This document shows, in pieces, positions 11,227-23,400 of a stretch of DNA of 64,000 nt; positions within the stretch are counted from its first letter, which is position 1, and each line of letters starts with the position of its first letter. The stretch spans positions 310,001-374,000 of the forward strand of contig JBLDXI010000023.1 in the NCBI GenBank assembly GCA_047495785.1. The letters run 5' to 3'. The notes beneath the pieces were generated by a model. It worked only from the letters and a program-made list of their open reading frames with translations, was not told where the DNA came from and did no database searches. This DNA is from Lepidodermella squamata. Taxonomy: Eukaryota > Animalia > Gastrotricha. Made by a program: the position numbers and the translations under genes.

Positions 11227-12944
11227 AAGGAGAAGGTTCAATACGTTGTGCGAAGCACGGCGGATATCGCGGCTGAAGGCGAGTACCGACAACGCGGCGG
11301 AACGCGATCAAACTCGGCCATCACCTCCGTCAAAGTCATCGATCTGACGGGCAAGGAGGTCGAGCGATGCCTCGACTCGGACGAAGCAGGGCTCACCTAC
11401 TTCGACGTGCCGGAGTTGCGGCACAATCTGAGACTGCTGGTCGGCCAGGCTGAAGACGACGTGATCGACAATTTGAAAACGAGGGATCGAGAAAGGGACC
11501 AAATCGCCGTGTTGGAGCACGATAAACAACGATTGGACCAGGTTTTAATCGAAGAGGAGAGACAAACCGCTCAGTTACAACAAATCGTGACCCTGGTCAA
11601 TAAACTGGACGATGCGACGTCGTTGGATGACGCGATTTCTCTCATTTCCGACCTGCGGATCGATTTCGAGAACGAATACGTCATGTATGGCCTCGAGCGG
11701 CTGTTGCACCCGGTTTCAGAGCCACTGCTCAAAAATTCGCTATCAACCTGGGACCCGCTTGATCGCAGCCAGAAATCGTTGAATTACGACTCATTGGCTA
11801 AATTGAAACGAGCTTTCAGTGAATGTGATAATTTGCCAGCGTTCGATTCGCTGATTTGGGAACTTTGGGTGCCGCCGGTTCGCCAGGCCATCATCAACCG
11901 GTGGAACCCGCGTGACCCCGACATTCTAGTCGATTTATTCGAACTGTGGCAGCCGATCCTACCGACTTGGATCTGGGATAACATTAGCGATCAGTTTTTG
12001 ATGCCGAGAATTTTGGCCGAGGCTGAAAATTGGAACCCAGTCACCGATGCGTTGCCCATCCATCAGTGGATCCACCCGTGGCTCGGGTAGTTGGGCGACA
12101 AATTAGAGCCGGTCTACGTTCCGATTCGTCAGAAAATCGCAGCAGCTCTCGCGAATTGGCACCCCTCGGATCCTTCCGCGAGAATCCTGCTCCAATCTTG
12201 GTTGCGAGTTTGGTCCGACGGCCACATGCGGTCGTTCGTTCTGCAACATATCGGGCCGAAACTGACTCGGCTGATGCAAGACTTCGTGATAAACCCCTGC
12301 CAGCAGCAGTTGGACGCCTGGAAATGGGTGTTTGATTGGCTGGAAATGATGCCTCATCCGTTTTTTGTCACCCTACTCGATAAGCATTTCTTCCCGAAAT
12401 GGCTGCAATGTTTAGCGGCTTGGCTCGATGCGAGTAATACCGATTACCAGGAGGTTACGAAGTGGTACCTGGGATGGAAAAGCAGCATCCCCGTTGCGTT
12501 GGTTGAAGAGCCGAATATCAAGGATAAATTAGGCCTGGCTTTGACTATGATGAATCAGGCGATTACCGGCGGCAGGGCAGAGTCGGTTTTGGCTGCGGCG
12601 TCCTACCCGCCTCAAATGCCGTATCAGCAACCGCCAATGCCTGCGTACGCCCCGCCCCCGCCTCCTCCTCCGCCGCCGAGTGTACCCCTCAGTTTCAAAG
12701 AAATCATCGAACGACGGGTTTGTTCCGCTAATTTCTCGCGTCATTTCGTGCTTCAAATTTTAATTATTTTTTTTAGGCTGAAGCTTGTGGCTTGGTTTTC
12801 ATGCCTGCACAGCGGAGTCTTGGCACTCAGCAAATGTATCAACTAGGCCGAGTGATTCTCTATATCGATCGAAATGTCGTGTTTGTGTCGTCGAACGGCG
12901 CTTGGAAACCGGTGTCTCTTGAAGAACTGTTTTCACTAGCCTGA
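11227..12944 (+). pseudogene. TFIP11: Tuftelin-interacting protein 11 (spliceosome disassembly factor), 5'-truncated with in-frame TAG
   Basis: Motifs: VKVIDLTG, PELRHNL, PIHQWIHPWL, WHPSDPSA, INPCQQQLD, HFFPKW, EVTKWYLGWK. A GT-AG intron at 12718-12776 joins the last exon AEACGLVFMP...ILYIDRNVVFV...WKPVSL* (12777-12944). TAG at 12088-12090, in-frame TAA at 11224, and no G-patch upstream. AATAAA at 13024. Confidence 0.85.
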
Positions 12945-13842
12945 TGGCTTCTGTACTGAGAAGTCTTGTTGCTTTTACGAAAGAGAATGAGCAAAGCTCT
13001 ATCACGTTTTATATTCGTTATTGAATAAAATACGTTCTTTCAAGCCTATTTTTGAATTTTTTATTGCGCGTCAATCTCAAATCTCAAGCAAGGCCTTGAA
13101 TCCTATCGAAGTTGCGGTTACAGCTAAGCACTCTTAGCCATATCACGGCTTGTGTCTTAACGGCATGTCTCCGGCATTAATCACGGCAAAATTACTCAAG
13201 GCGTGACGGACAACGGATAACAACGGCAAATTTTGAAATATTCCGTCATCAACGCATCGCGAAAGAGAATTTGATGCGTGACGTGTAGCGAGTAACCACG
13301 GCTCAATGCCGTTTCTCTCTCAATGCCGTCACCCCTGCTTGATGCGTGATTTTTCTTTAACCGTGATAAGGGTGATAGAGGTGAGCTTAAGCTGCTTTTC
13401 GTCATTGGGCTAATGAAACCCGCTAAGTACCTGGGAAACATTTTTGGGACGACTTGATCTGTCAGTTTTTAGAATTTTCCTATTATTCAACAGCGGAAAC
13501 TCAGATAAACTTCCCGCTGGGACCTCGCCGCAATCGCATTTAAGTGATCACTAATCTCGAATCGAGCATCCGGGCTTGAAGCCTAAAGTCCAGAAAGATG
13601 AATGATCGGCAGAAAGTTATGCAGTCAAAGCGTCCGAGGGAATCGCGCGATTCAATAATTCAACGTATTCCTTATCGGCCAGAGAACACCGGGCCAGCTG
13701 ATAGCCGCCAAGCCTAGTCAAAGATTATTCAACGAGGTTGAGGCCGGTTAATGTCTCATTGAAAAGCTTGGAATGTGTCTGATTCGGGCAAAATGTATAC
13801 CAAAATGTTCCCCAGCATTCATAACCTTATTCTTCGTAGTTT

Positions 13843-16800
13843 TGTTGGGGCCCGAGTCCGAATTCTGCCCGTCCGCGTTCGGGCCGGCCCGTACGTAGAC
13901 GGGTAAGAACGATTTGCCGCTCCGCGCTCGGGTCGCTTTAAAACATGCCCGTATGCGACGTTTACTGTGAATTTAACAAATTCGGAAGAATCTCGCTTCA
14001 CCGCACACGGGACGGCTAAGGTGTCGACCCGAGCACGGCGGAGAACAATAGCAACCAGCGCTATTGTTCAGCGCCGCACTCGGGCCGCCGGGCTCGGGCA
14101 TCTGGAATCGAGCCGTCGGGCGTGGGTAGCCGGGCTTGGGTCATCCTACAACAACGCCCGACCCGATAACTGTATCAAGTCCCGGCACGAACCCGGCGTC
14201 CCGGGTACGGCGCGCGCAAGCAACAGTAGCACTGGTTCCCATTGTTCTCCGCCGTGCTCGGGCCAACACCTTGGCCGGCCTGTGTGCGGTGAAGCGTCTG
14301 AAGATTCTTTCGAATTTGTTAAGTTTACAGTAAACGTTGCATACGAGCACGTTGTAGACTGGCCCCAGCGCGGAGTGGTAAACGATCCGCGCGCCCCATA
14401 TTCTTCCAAATGGAGATGCGCGCGCATTACCGCTTTCTCTATAGCTATGTACGGCTGTATTAATAATAGTAATAGCATTTGGCGCACATCTGGCTTGCGC
14501 GTATTGTATACAAGCCATGTTTGAGTCAGAACTAAATCAGCATTAGCTGTTCGCAGTTAAATGTGACAGTTCATTCGATTCCTTTCTCTGAAAACACTGT
14601 GTGATGGACCAATCGACCAGTTAAGGCGTAGAATACCTGCGAATAATTGCTTCTGTTTAATTCAAATACCTAGCCAAATTTGCACACCAAACGGCCTCAG
14701 CTGACCAAAGCAATCTTTCGGAGCTGCGATTTCGAAAAATAAATTCCAATTTAATGAACTTTATTGTAATAACAAAACGCATTTTGATAGCTCAGCATAA
14801 TCAGTTTTGCGAGTTAGGAATGCAAAAGAATGAGTATAAAGAAGTCAAGTTTGTTTGTTTCGTTGAGTTAGGATTCTCAGGAAGTTTTCAGGTATTCTTA
14901 GAGCTTAGGAACTCTACCCGGTTGATGAAGGCAGATTTTAGTTCTGCATGGACAGGAAGCCTGGTTGAATGCAGGTACAAGGTCGAAAGTTTGCTGAACT
15001 ATGGGCAACGGCTCGGCGTATGAAGCAATCGAATATTAGACAAGAATCAAAGCTGGGTTTTGTTTTGATTTCGGCTTCGTTAAACGAATCCAGCTTATCT
15101 CTTGCCAAGGTATAATAGATGTGGAAAGCGATTGCCTGAATCAACAGCGGTTATGGAACGAACTGCTGAAGCTGAGCAATTCACAGATAACTGACCGGGC
15201 TTGTAGATCGTACTGCAGAGGTAAAACCATGATTTGCAGCCTTACAGGTAAGGTACCAAGCGATGGGGTGACTTGTTGGACAAGAAGATTCGCAGCCGAT
15301 AGCCGCTGCTGAACCGGCTGGACGTACTACGGCGCTGCGTGTTGAGGGGTGTCAGAGCGGGTTTGAAGCTGAAAACAGCTTGTTGTTGAATGGACTGGGT
15401 GACCTGGTGAGAAACCTGCGATCCTGAAAGGACTTGAAGTCAGCGACCAAATCTACCAAAGGAGTAGGGTGCGAAGTACAGCGTGTAATCGAGTGGTCAT
15501 GGCGTCTCACTGGCTGCGAAGAGGCACGGGTTCAATTCCCAGAACTGCACAACGTCAATTATGCATAGCGTCTGCTTTCTTCTGCGGTTCTGGGACAGTA
15601 AATCAAGCTGCCATGAAGAGTCATGTGGCCAACTGGAGCCAAGGATACAATCCTCTGATAATTCCTGCCAGGCAGTTCCTCCGAGACCGCGGCACCTTCC
15701 TCCCGGTAGGACGCCATTCATCAGCAATCAAGAGATGCGAAAGCCTGGGGACCATGGATCAATCAGCAATAACCCTTTGATTTCTTCGGCTGGGCGCTAG
15801 AAAACATTTTAGCTCCCGGATCCTACTTCGCACACTGCAAGGGAGGCATTCTTAAGCTTCTACCTCTTGAGCTTGCGTTGAGTTCCGGACACAGGCATCC
15901 CGCAAGCGGCAGTCTCACGGGCCCTTCCGCAGTTTCGGAATCAGTGTGAGCAGGTGGAGGGAGAAGCAGCACCGGCACGAGTAGTAATCGGGTTTCATCG
16001 GTGGCGTTGACGAACTTTGCAGCAACTCGCATCTTAGAACCATGCAGACACAATAGCGATATAGGGAAAAAGACGGTGAGCGAATGAAGGAGTAGAAAAA
16101 AACGAGTCGAATCAGCTCGGCCAATGTGTGGGACGATGAAGGAAATCGTTAGGTGAACGGTCGCTAAACCTTTCCAAGCCCATGATTCCGGCGAGAAACT
16201 TTTCAAATAGTTTCAGATACATAATTGAGTTTCCAGATTCAGAAAATTAGGATTTCATTAATCAAAAGGTCACAGCGCAGTGTAAGGCAATCATAACTGC
16301 GCTTACGGCTTGTCCTGTCTTTGATCCAAGTAGTCCGCTAGGTGCCAAGCCAATATCACGATGTAATTAACATCGACGGCAATCCCTCAGCTTATTGCTA
16401 TCTCCAACATTGATCGGTCATGACTAAGCCGAAACAGCATTCTTTGAAATTAAGATTCCGCCAAGTTTTTGAATATCATCAAAATTCTTCAATATTCTAT
16501 ACAGACAAAGAAAGTAAAGTAATTGCTAGAAAATATGTACCATTGATTTCAAAGATAATTACCCTGACTCTTGATTCTAAATGAAATAAATAAAGTTGTT
16601 CCTAAATCGTGGATTCAATTACGTGACATAGAGGCAGTTAGCCGGGTTCGTAGTTGGGAGAAACAATTGAAGGACATCGCCGTTTCAATATCCGATCAGG
16701 ATTTCCCATTGTCTCCCAGAATCGAAGAGAGTTCTAAATTGAATCGCAGCTAACTCAAGTTTTCCTACAACGGATTCCGGAAAATAAACTCGAAAAACTG

Positions 16801-19800
16801 TTCGATTTTGAGCGGGCTAATTTACAAAGAGCGGGTAACAAAGAGTAGTTAAGATGGATAACTGAAAAGCTTCAAGATTCCAGGCAGGTCTGACCAAGTT
16901 CTAACTGATTGCTATAAGAGAACTAAGAGAGCTTGCGAAGAAGTAGCGAGTATTTTAGTTCCCATTTTTCCTGAAGGTAACATCCTGCTCGGCGAAGCAC
17001 TTCGAAAATGGCCAAATGCAGCCCATACAGGCCAAATAATACAGTACAAAAAAGGTCATTTCGTGGCTATTAGGTATAGAAATGTTCCGAACACAGTAGT
17101 AGTGGTTCATTGAAAAATGGCGGCGAAACCTTGGAAAAAGGTTCCCAAGTACTCACGGCGGCCCCTGCACGCAGTCGACGTAGTGTTTGCAGAGTTTATA
17201 ACGCATGATAAGTTTACATATTGCAGGGTGGGACCTATGCAGATTGTCGAATTTTTTCGACCGATGAATAGCAGCTAAAATTGCTGAGATACTGCTTACT
17301 TGTAGAAGTGAGCTCTCATCAACTTCGGGTCTAACCTGAATTTTATATGTTCCATGTTTCGATATTGTAAAGAAAACTAAACTTTGTGAGGTTGTTCGAA
17401 ACCACAGCCCTTCTGGCCATAAAATTAGTCAAGTCCCAAGTTTGTAATTAAGAGATAGATAATTAAAGAAGCGGAGCTGCTTGCTCTATGTGAGACAGGC
17501 TACGAACTCTCGGAATCTGATGAAAATATTCATAAATATTGAGGCCCCAGAAGCTGCCCTCGCTTGCGCATCAAAGCTTCTAAACAAATAATAGGGCCAA
17601 CTTAGGCTCTCTAACTGTTCTCTAACTAAGGATCCATAAAATTCTATCGATTTCCAAGTTGAGATGTATTCAAGTCTCCAGTTGGAAAGATTCTTTACTG
17701 GAGATTGCGTAGCCCTTGCCAAATCACATCTAATAGGACATTATTTGTATACGATTGATGGGTTCGAGTGTCCTATGATTATCCGCTGACCACTGACCAG
17801 TATTCCTTGATTAAATGATGGTAATGAATGCAAGCCATTTGTGAAACAGACGCATACCCATTCCCAAAAAGATTCAGTGATTTCTATGAAGGTGTCCTAT
17901 AAGGCATAGTTACTGTGTCATATTAGTCAAAACGACTGGTAGCCGTAGAGTCAGGAATACCTTGAATACCAAAATATGAAGCAGGGCCGATATCTACAAT
18001 GGGCAGACAAAAGCTTTTCGTCATTTATCGATGACGAGAGCAGCATAATTGAAGCTGATATGTAACAACGCGGTTCAATATTTCGTGCTCATTAATTCCA
18101 AGCTAGAATCTCTGGAACTCAATATTCTTCATGAAATGGAATTATAAGGTAGAAACGAAATATAGTATGTGTGGACGGTAGTTTTCGAATACTATTTCGA
18201 AATTTGTTCGCGCGTTCTCAAAAACTTGAAGAAAGAGGATTGTTTCCTAATTATTTTCAAAGGTGGATGTTGGTGAGAGATCATTATTTCGCAGGATCCT
18301 TTCTAAACTATATGATTAGCAAAGTCTCAGGTTTGTAATTACAGAGTGGATATTTGTACTTGAACAAGTACGCGTTTTTGCCCACTCGAACTTTAAAAGG
18401 GATTCCCATAGATTCCCAGAGATCTGTATGGGGATTCCATTGGCGTTCTATGGGATTCAAATTCGAAAACTTTGTTAAAAATCTTCTACGTTTAAAACTG
18501 AGTAAGACTTATACTTCATTAGGTTAAAAAGAGCAATTTAGCCTTGTCGTCTTTCATGCGAAAAATGTCGCTTTTTGTTTGATTAAATAATTAGATCTGA
18601 ATCGGAAGCCTCATGACATTTCGAAAGGTTCCACTTCATCGCCCCAATATTCAAGTCTAAAATACCTCAATTCATTCAAAATGAAATGTTGCTATCAGCC
18701 CAACAGATGCTGCCCATATTTCGCAAGATATTATGGTTTATGAAACCTAAAACATTCCTAACTTGAGATCGAACTATAGATGGAAATAAATCTAATATAA
18801 TTCAAGGCTATGACAAGGGAAAATTGTGAGCGGATCATGGCTTCCTATTTCCTATATCTGCTTTCCTACAACCGAATGCCGAATGTATTCCAATAATTAT
18901 TCGATGCAGATATAGAGAAAGCTTCATTTCTTCCGATCAAATCGATCGCCATGCTTTATGCTACATTTTTGGTATTTTTTCAAAAAATCACCGAGTATAA
19001 ACTCAAAAATGAGAAAAAGATTACTTTAATAGTAAAACCTAATCCTTTCGTAACTTTTTCGCTTTTTGCTGGAAAGAATGGGCAAAATAATTTAGAAAGG
19101 CCGAAAAAAATAATAACGTTCATTTCCGTGAATTTAATCAATGATTTTTATGATGAAACATTGAAATTTACACGGCAGGATAGAGCTTATTGCGCTGAAT
19201 CTGAAAATATATAAATCCCCTAAATCGCAATCGAAATGGGCCTAAAATGTGACAACAACATTTCTTTTGCCTAGGATAGCAAGCCTAAGGAGGTAAAAAT
19301 GGGGTGGGTTTAGGTAAAAGATGAAGAAAAGGCATGAAAAGGATGCGTCTGCTGGGATGAAAATGTTGATTATGAGCAGCAGCTTCGTGGCTTGCGCGCA
19401 TCTGGAGCCATTTACGCCGTAAACAACGCGCCCGCGCCGGTAACGCAAGTACTGTGCAGTAAATTCTTTGCAATAATGTGGCTGATGAATCACGCGCACT
19501 TTATATAAGAGAAGTACTGCGGCGGAACTAATTACCGAAATTTCATCGCGATTCGCGTGTTAGTCGACATTTGAACACATCTCGGCGATAGCAAAGCGCA
19601 AAACACACCGATACCTGTTTTCAGCTCGAAAAAATGTTATTCATAGCCCAAGCTATGTCCGAAATATTAAAAGGAATAAAATGATTTCAGCTCGACGTCA
19701 GATAGAAGAATATGGGGCGCGCGGATCGTAAAGTGCTGTTACCCGGTCGCATACGGGCCGGCCCGAACGCGTACGAGCCAAAATCGGGCTCGGGCCCCAA

Positions 19801-19802
19801 CA
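13843..19802. mobile_element. 5.96-kb TIR element with TGT...ACA ends and 4-bp TSD (Ginger-like signature), decayed cargo
   Basis: Left end TGTTGGGGCCCGAG, right end CTCGGGCCCCAACA. Imperfect TIR of about 70-100 bp. GTTT flanks both ends (13839-13842 and 19803-19806). No intact ORF inside. Confidence 0.8.
13935..14360. repeat. Imperfect fold-back (arms about 165 bp) inside the left terminus
   Basis: 13935-14100 is the reverse complement of about 14180-14360, e.g. CCGAGCACGGCGGAGAACAAT / ATTGTTCTCCGCCGTGCTCGG. Confidence 0.85.
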
Positions 19803-20476
19803 GTTTCACTGATTTCAATTTGAATCTGAGTGGGCACTTCCGTTTAGAAAAGAAGACAACCTGGAGATGTTGGGAAACCCTGGGAACTTGACCTTGAGAT
19901 TTTCTACTGCGGCTACTAATTTTATTTCATTAATATAAATGCAAAATTTTATTTCAATAAGGATTTTTCTATGTATTTTGTATCTAAAGTATTATATTGT
20001 AGAAATTCGAAATTTGAATTTGCAAATCATTTTTGACTGCCGCTGACTTGCTGCGGTTTGTGGTTCACAGGTGAGAAGTGTCAAGTGCCAAGTGCCAAGT
20101 GTCACCTTTAGGTGTTGTGCGCCAAAAGCCAAAAGCTCAAACGAGAACTTTGAATTCACTAATATTCCATGCCCATTTTCTATTTTTTCAATGTTGCTAC
20201 CAATGAAGGAGATTGAATTGAGCTTCTTCTAACCTTGAATCTTAGATTCTTCACCGTCCGATTGGCATTAGACTCATTGGACTCAAGATTCATGCGTCAC
20301 AAAAAAGCTCTTTAGGAGATTCTTTACTATCTATTCAATGCATATCTTCATCAAATACTTCTTCGCCTTGTTTTGCCCGTAATGGGACTGAAGCGTTTTT
20401 GAGATCCTGGAAGACTTAGAGTCAACAGATTATCGGGCCAGATGTTTATTGTTTATTTTTGTACTAGATAGTTAAC

Positions 20477-23400
20477 ATGTATATTGTGGTGGGCACTCCG
20501 CACGTCTACCGCGTGCAGATTCCACCGTTTTTCAAGGGTTACGACCGGCGAGCTCTGCGAAATCTTCATGGCGCGCAAGACAACGCCAGCGGCGGTCAGT
20601 CGGACGCTAGTCTCGAACCCTACTTTCTAACTGGTGTTATCGCTAACCGCGAACGAAACTTATTCCTTCTTTGGTCGAAATCGTCCTTCTATTTATGGAA
20701 CTGCCGACCAGCTGTACAGATCTTCGCCTTTTCGCGATCACCTGAAAGCGTTTCAGAGTACGGCGAAAATGTGAAAATCATGTGGAAATCTGATTCTAGC
20801 GCAATCGCTGTCGCGGTAAGAATTTTGCATGATTGAGAAATTGAAGATTATAATGTATTGCTATTTAGACTGATAAGAGCTACATTTTGTTTTTCAACAT
20901 CGAGTTGGAGCGATCTTCAGGTGGTTTCCTCTCCGGATGGACCGGTCAGAAACGCGTTGACAAGTCGCAACTCGACGAAGACTTCTTACCCTGGACCAGT
21001 ATCGTCGCCTTACAAATCACACCGTCTTTCCAGATCAAAACCGACGGCGTCGTCGAAGATTTCTGCTGCATTCGCGATGAGTTATTAGTCGCGTTATCAA
21101 CCGGCGCAATTCAACGCATTTCCTGGTCTGAAGGCCTGGTTAACTTCGCCTTTTCCTTCAATATTAACGACGTGGCGTTCGGTTTAGAGTTACAACACTT
21201 CCGAGGTTCGGTGTTGAGCCCATCCTCGCAACACACGATACCGAAAACGTTCGTAAAAGCGATCACCTACAGCTCAATGTTGGCTGGTTTTGTTATTACG
21301 TTAGCTGACGGTCGTGCTGGGTTTATCACTAGCCCAACTCTGAGATTTGAGCCGAATAAGCTGCAAGCAGTGTGGGCTAGAGAGATAATAGAAGCAACGG
21401 GGATTCAAAACGTGAATAACCACTATAGACTGCTGTGTTTCGGCTTGGTCTCAGGCCGGGTCGCAATTTACTGTATCGGCGAGTTGACTGGGGCGCTGGA
21501 ACTGGTTCAAAATATGGAAGTAACCCCGGTCGACTGCCCAGACGCCCATGTGAGATGCGGGCCAGTCTCAGCCATGGCCTGGTCGCCCGATGAACGAGTT
21601 CTAGCCGTTGCGTGGCAGAACGAGGGTGTCGGGGTGTATTCAGTATTCGGCTCACTGCTCTTTCTATCGTTAACTTCACTGCCTAATCTCGCTTTAGATC
21701 AAAAATTGTTGATTCAATCCTTGGATTGGAGCCCTGAAGGCTACAGATTGTGGCTGGTTAACCGTAAATTTGACCTGAATTTCGCGACGTTGGGTTTCGC
21801 GAAATCGGCCCTGACGCGCAATTCGTGTGAATCGAATCACTTACATGTACTGCTTCAAAGCGACGATTCGTTGTACGTAGGCCTCGTCGATCGGCTTCAC
21901 GTGCCTGCGAATTCGTCGAACGAGTCGAATTCGAACTCGACAGACGACTGCGGACCAGCCATGGCACTGAGTGTCGTCCCAATCGCGCCTGGAATGGCGT
22001 ATTTGAGCGACAACTGGCCGATTTCTTACAGCTGTGTCTCAGAGACCGGCGATTGGCTGGCGGTTGCAGGCCGCACTGGCCTGGCGTGTTTTTCGCTGAA
22101 ACGCCGTCAGTGGAAGTTGTTTGGTAACATCTCGCAGGAGCGGGATTTTGTTGTTTCCGGCGGACTGGTGCTGTGGCGAGATTTTGTGCTGGCGCTCTGT
22201 TACAACGTGGCGGCGAAACGCGATGAGTTGCGGTGCTACCCGCTGGCTGGCCGGTTAGATACGGCCCTGGCGACGGTGCAACGGCTGGAAACGGCCGCGC
22301 TATTGCTCAATTGTGTGCAGGTAAGCTTAAAGATGAAATTATTCTTGTATTTAGATTACTGAACATTTTGTTAAAATTGTGCGATGGTTTCTCGAAATGA
22401 GTCGGACCTTGTAGATCGGAGTCTAGTTTTTGGAAATTCAAAGAAATTGTTGTTAACATGTGGCTTAACTTCATGCCGTTCAGATTTTATTTCGAGAAGT
22501 ATTTCGCTTTATTTTACTCTCGGATTTTAGCGAATTTTACACTTCTTCTCAACAATTTACGGAAGAAACTGCTCTTCTTCGGTTAAATTAACGAAAATTG
22601 AATGAACAAAATAATGGCGCGGTGAAATTTTTGAATTCTTTTATTTTTATTATTGAAGTCAGCCTTGATTCAAAAAATATTATTTCGGTCTAAGGTTTTT
22701 AAGATTATTTCTGACCGATCTGAAAATTTCAGCGATTTTTACATTATTGTTTGCGATTTTAAACATTTTTGTCTAAAGTTTGAAAATTAGCGGGTAACTT
22801 CAGACCCCAATTTGCGTCGGATTTTAAAAATATGAAAAATGACGTTCTCCTCTTTTTCACTCGTTTCCAAATTGCCAAATTTTTCCGAAATACAATCATA
22901 ATAGGGAACTACATTACGATTTAGAAAAACCGAACTTTTGATAATTTGATTAAATTAGTGGATAAATTTGGAGTTCGATATGGCTAAAAATCCATTTTGC
23001 TATATCAATTTTTACTACAAAACTCGAGTGTCGTTGGGTATATCAACTTGGGAGAATCTTACGCTGGTGCCAAATTTCATTTAATTCAATACCTAACCAT
23101 TTTATTCTTTATTTAACTGGTTAGGCTTGAAGGCTGGGTCTTTAAATTGGGGATTTCGAACTGATTGGAATAATTTAGTAATGATTTCACGATTTCCCAT
23201 CTAACTTTTCGATTTTATTTAATTGTCTCCTTTATTATTTCAGGATTTGTTGATAATTTTCGGCGTCGATGCAGTGGTGACCGTGCTGGCACTGCGAAAA
23301 CGCGGCGCCGCCGTCGATCGCCAACGCCTCGTCGAGCTCAACATCGGGCAGTTCGTCGCGCATCCGCTCACGGTCACGCACATCGCCCTGACGACGCTCA

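Noticed and set aside
12088-12090. TAG reassignment or an alternative genetic code (in-frame TAGs in TFIP11 and the LINE)
   Set aside because: TAG is the natural terminator of the LRR gene, GPCR1 and paralogue D, and long conserved ORFs such as RIC1 contain no internal TAG.
13120-13395. Possible MITE downstream of TFIP11
   Set aside because: The inverted similarity is weak and there is no TSD, so it is not supportable.
13819-14524. Several 60-185 aa ORFs
   Set aside because: They are by-products of the GC-rich fold-back and show no protein motifs.
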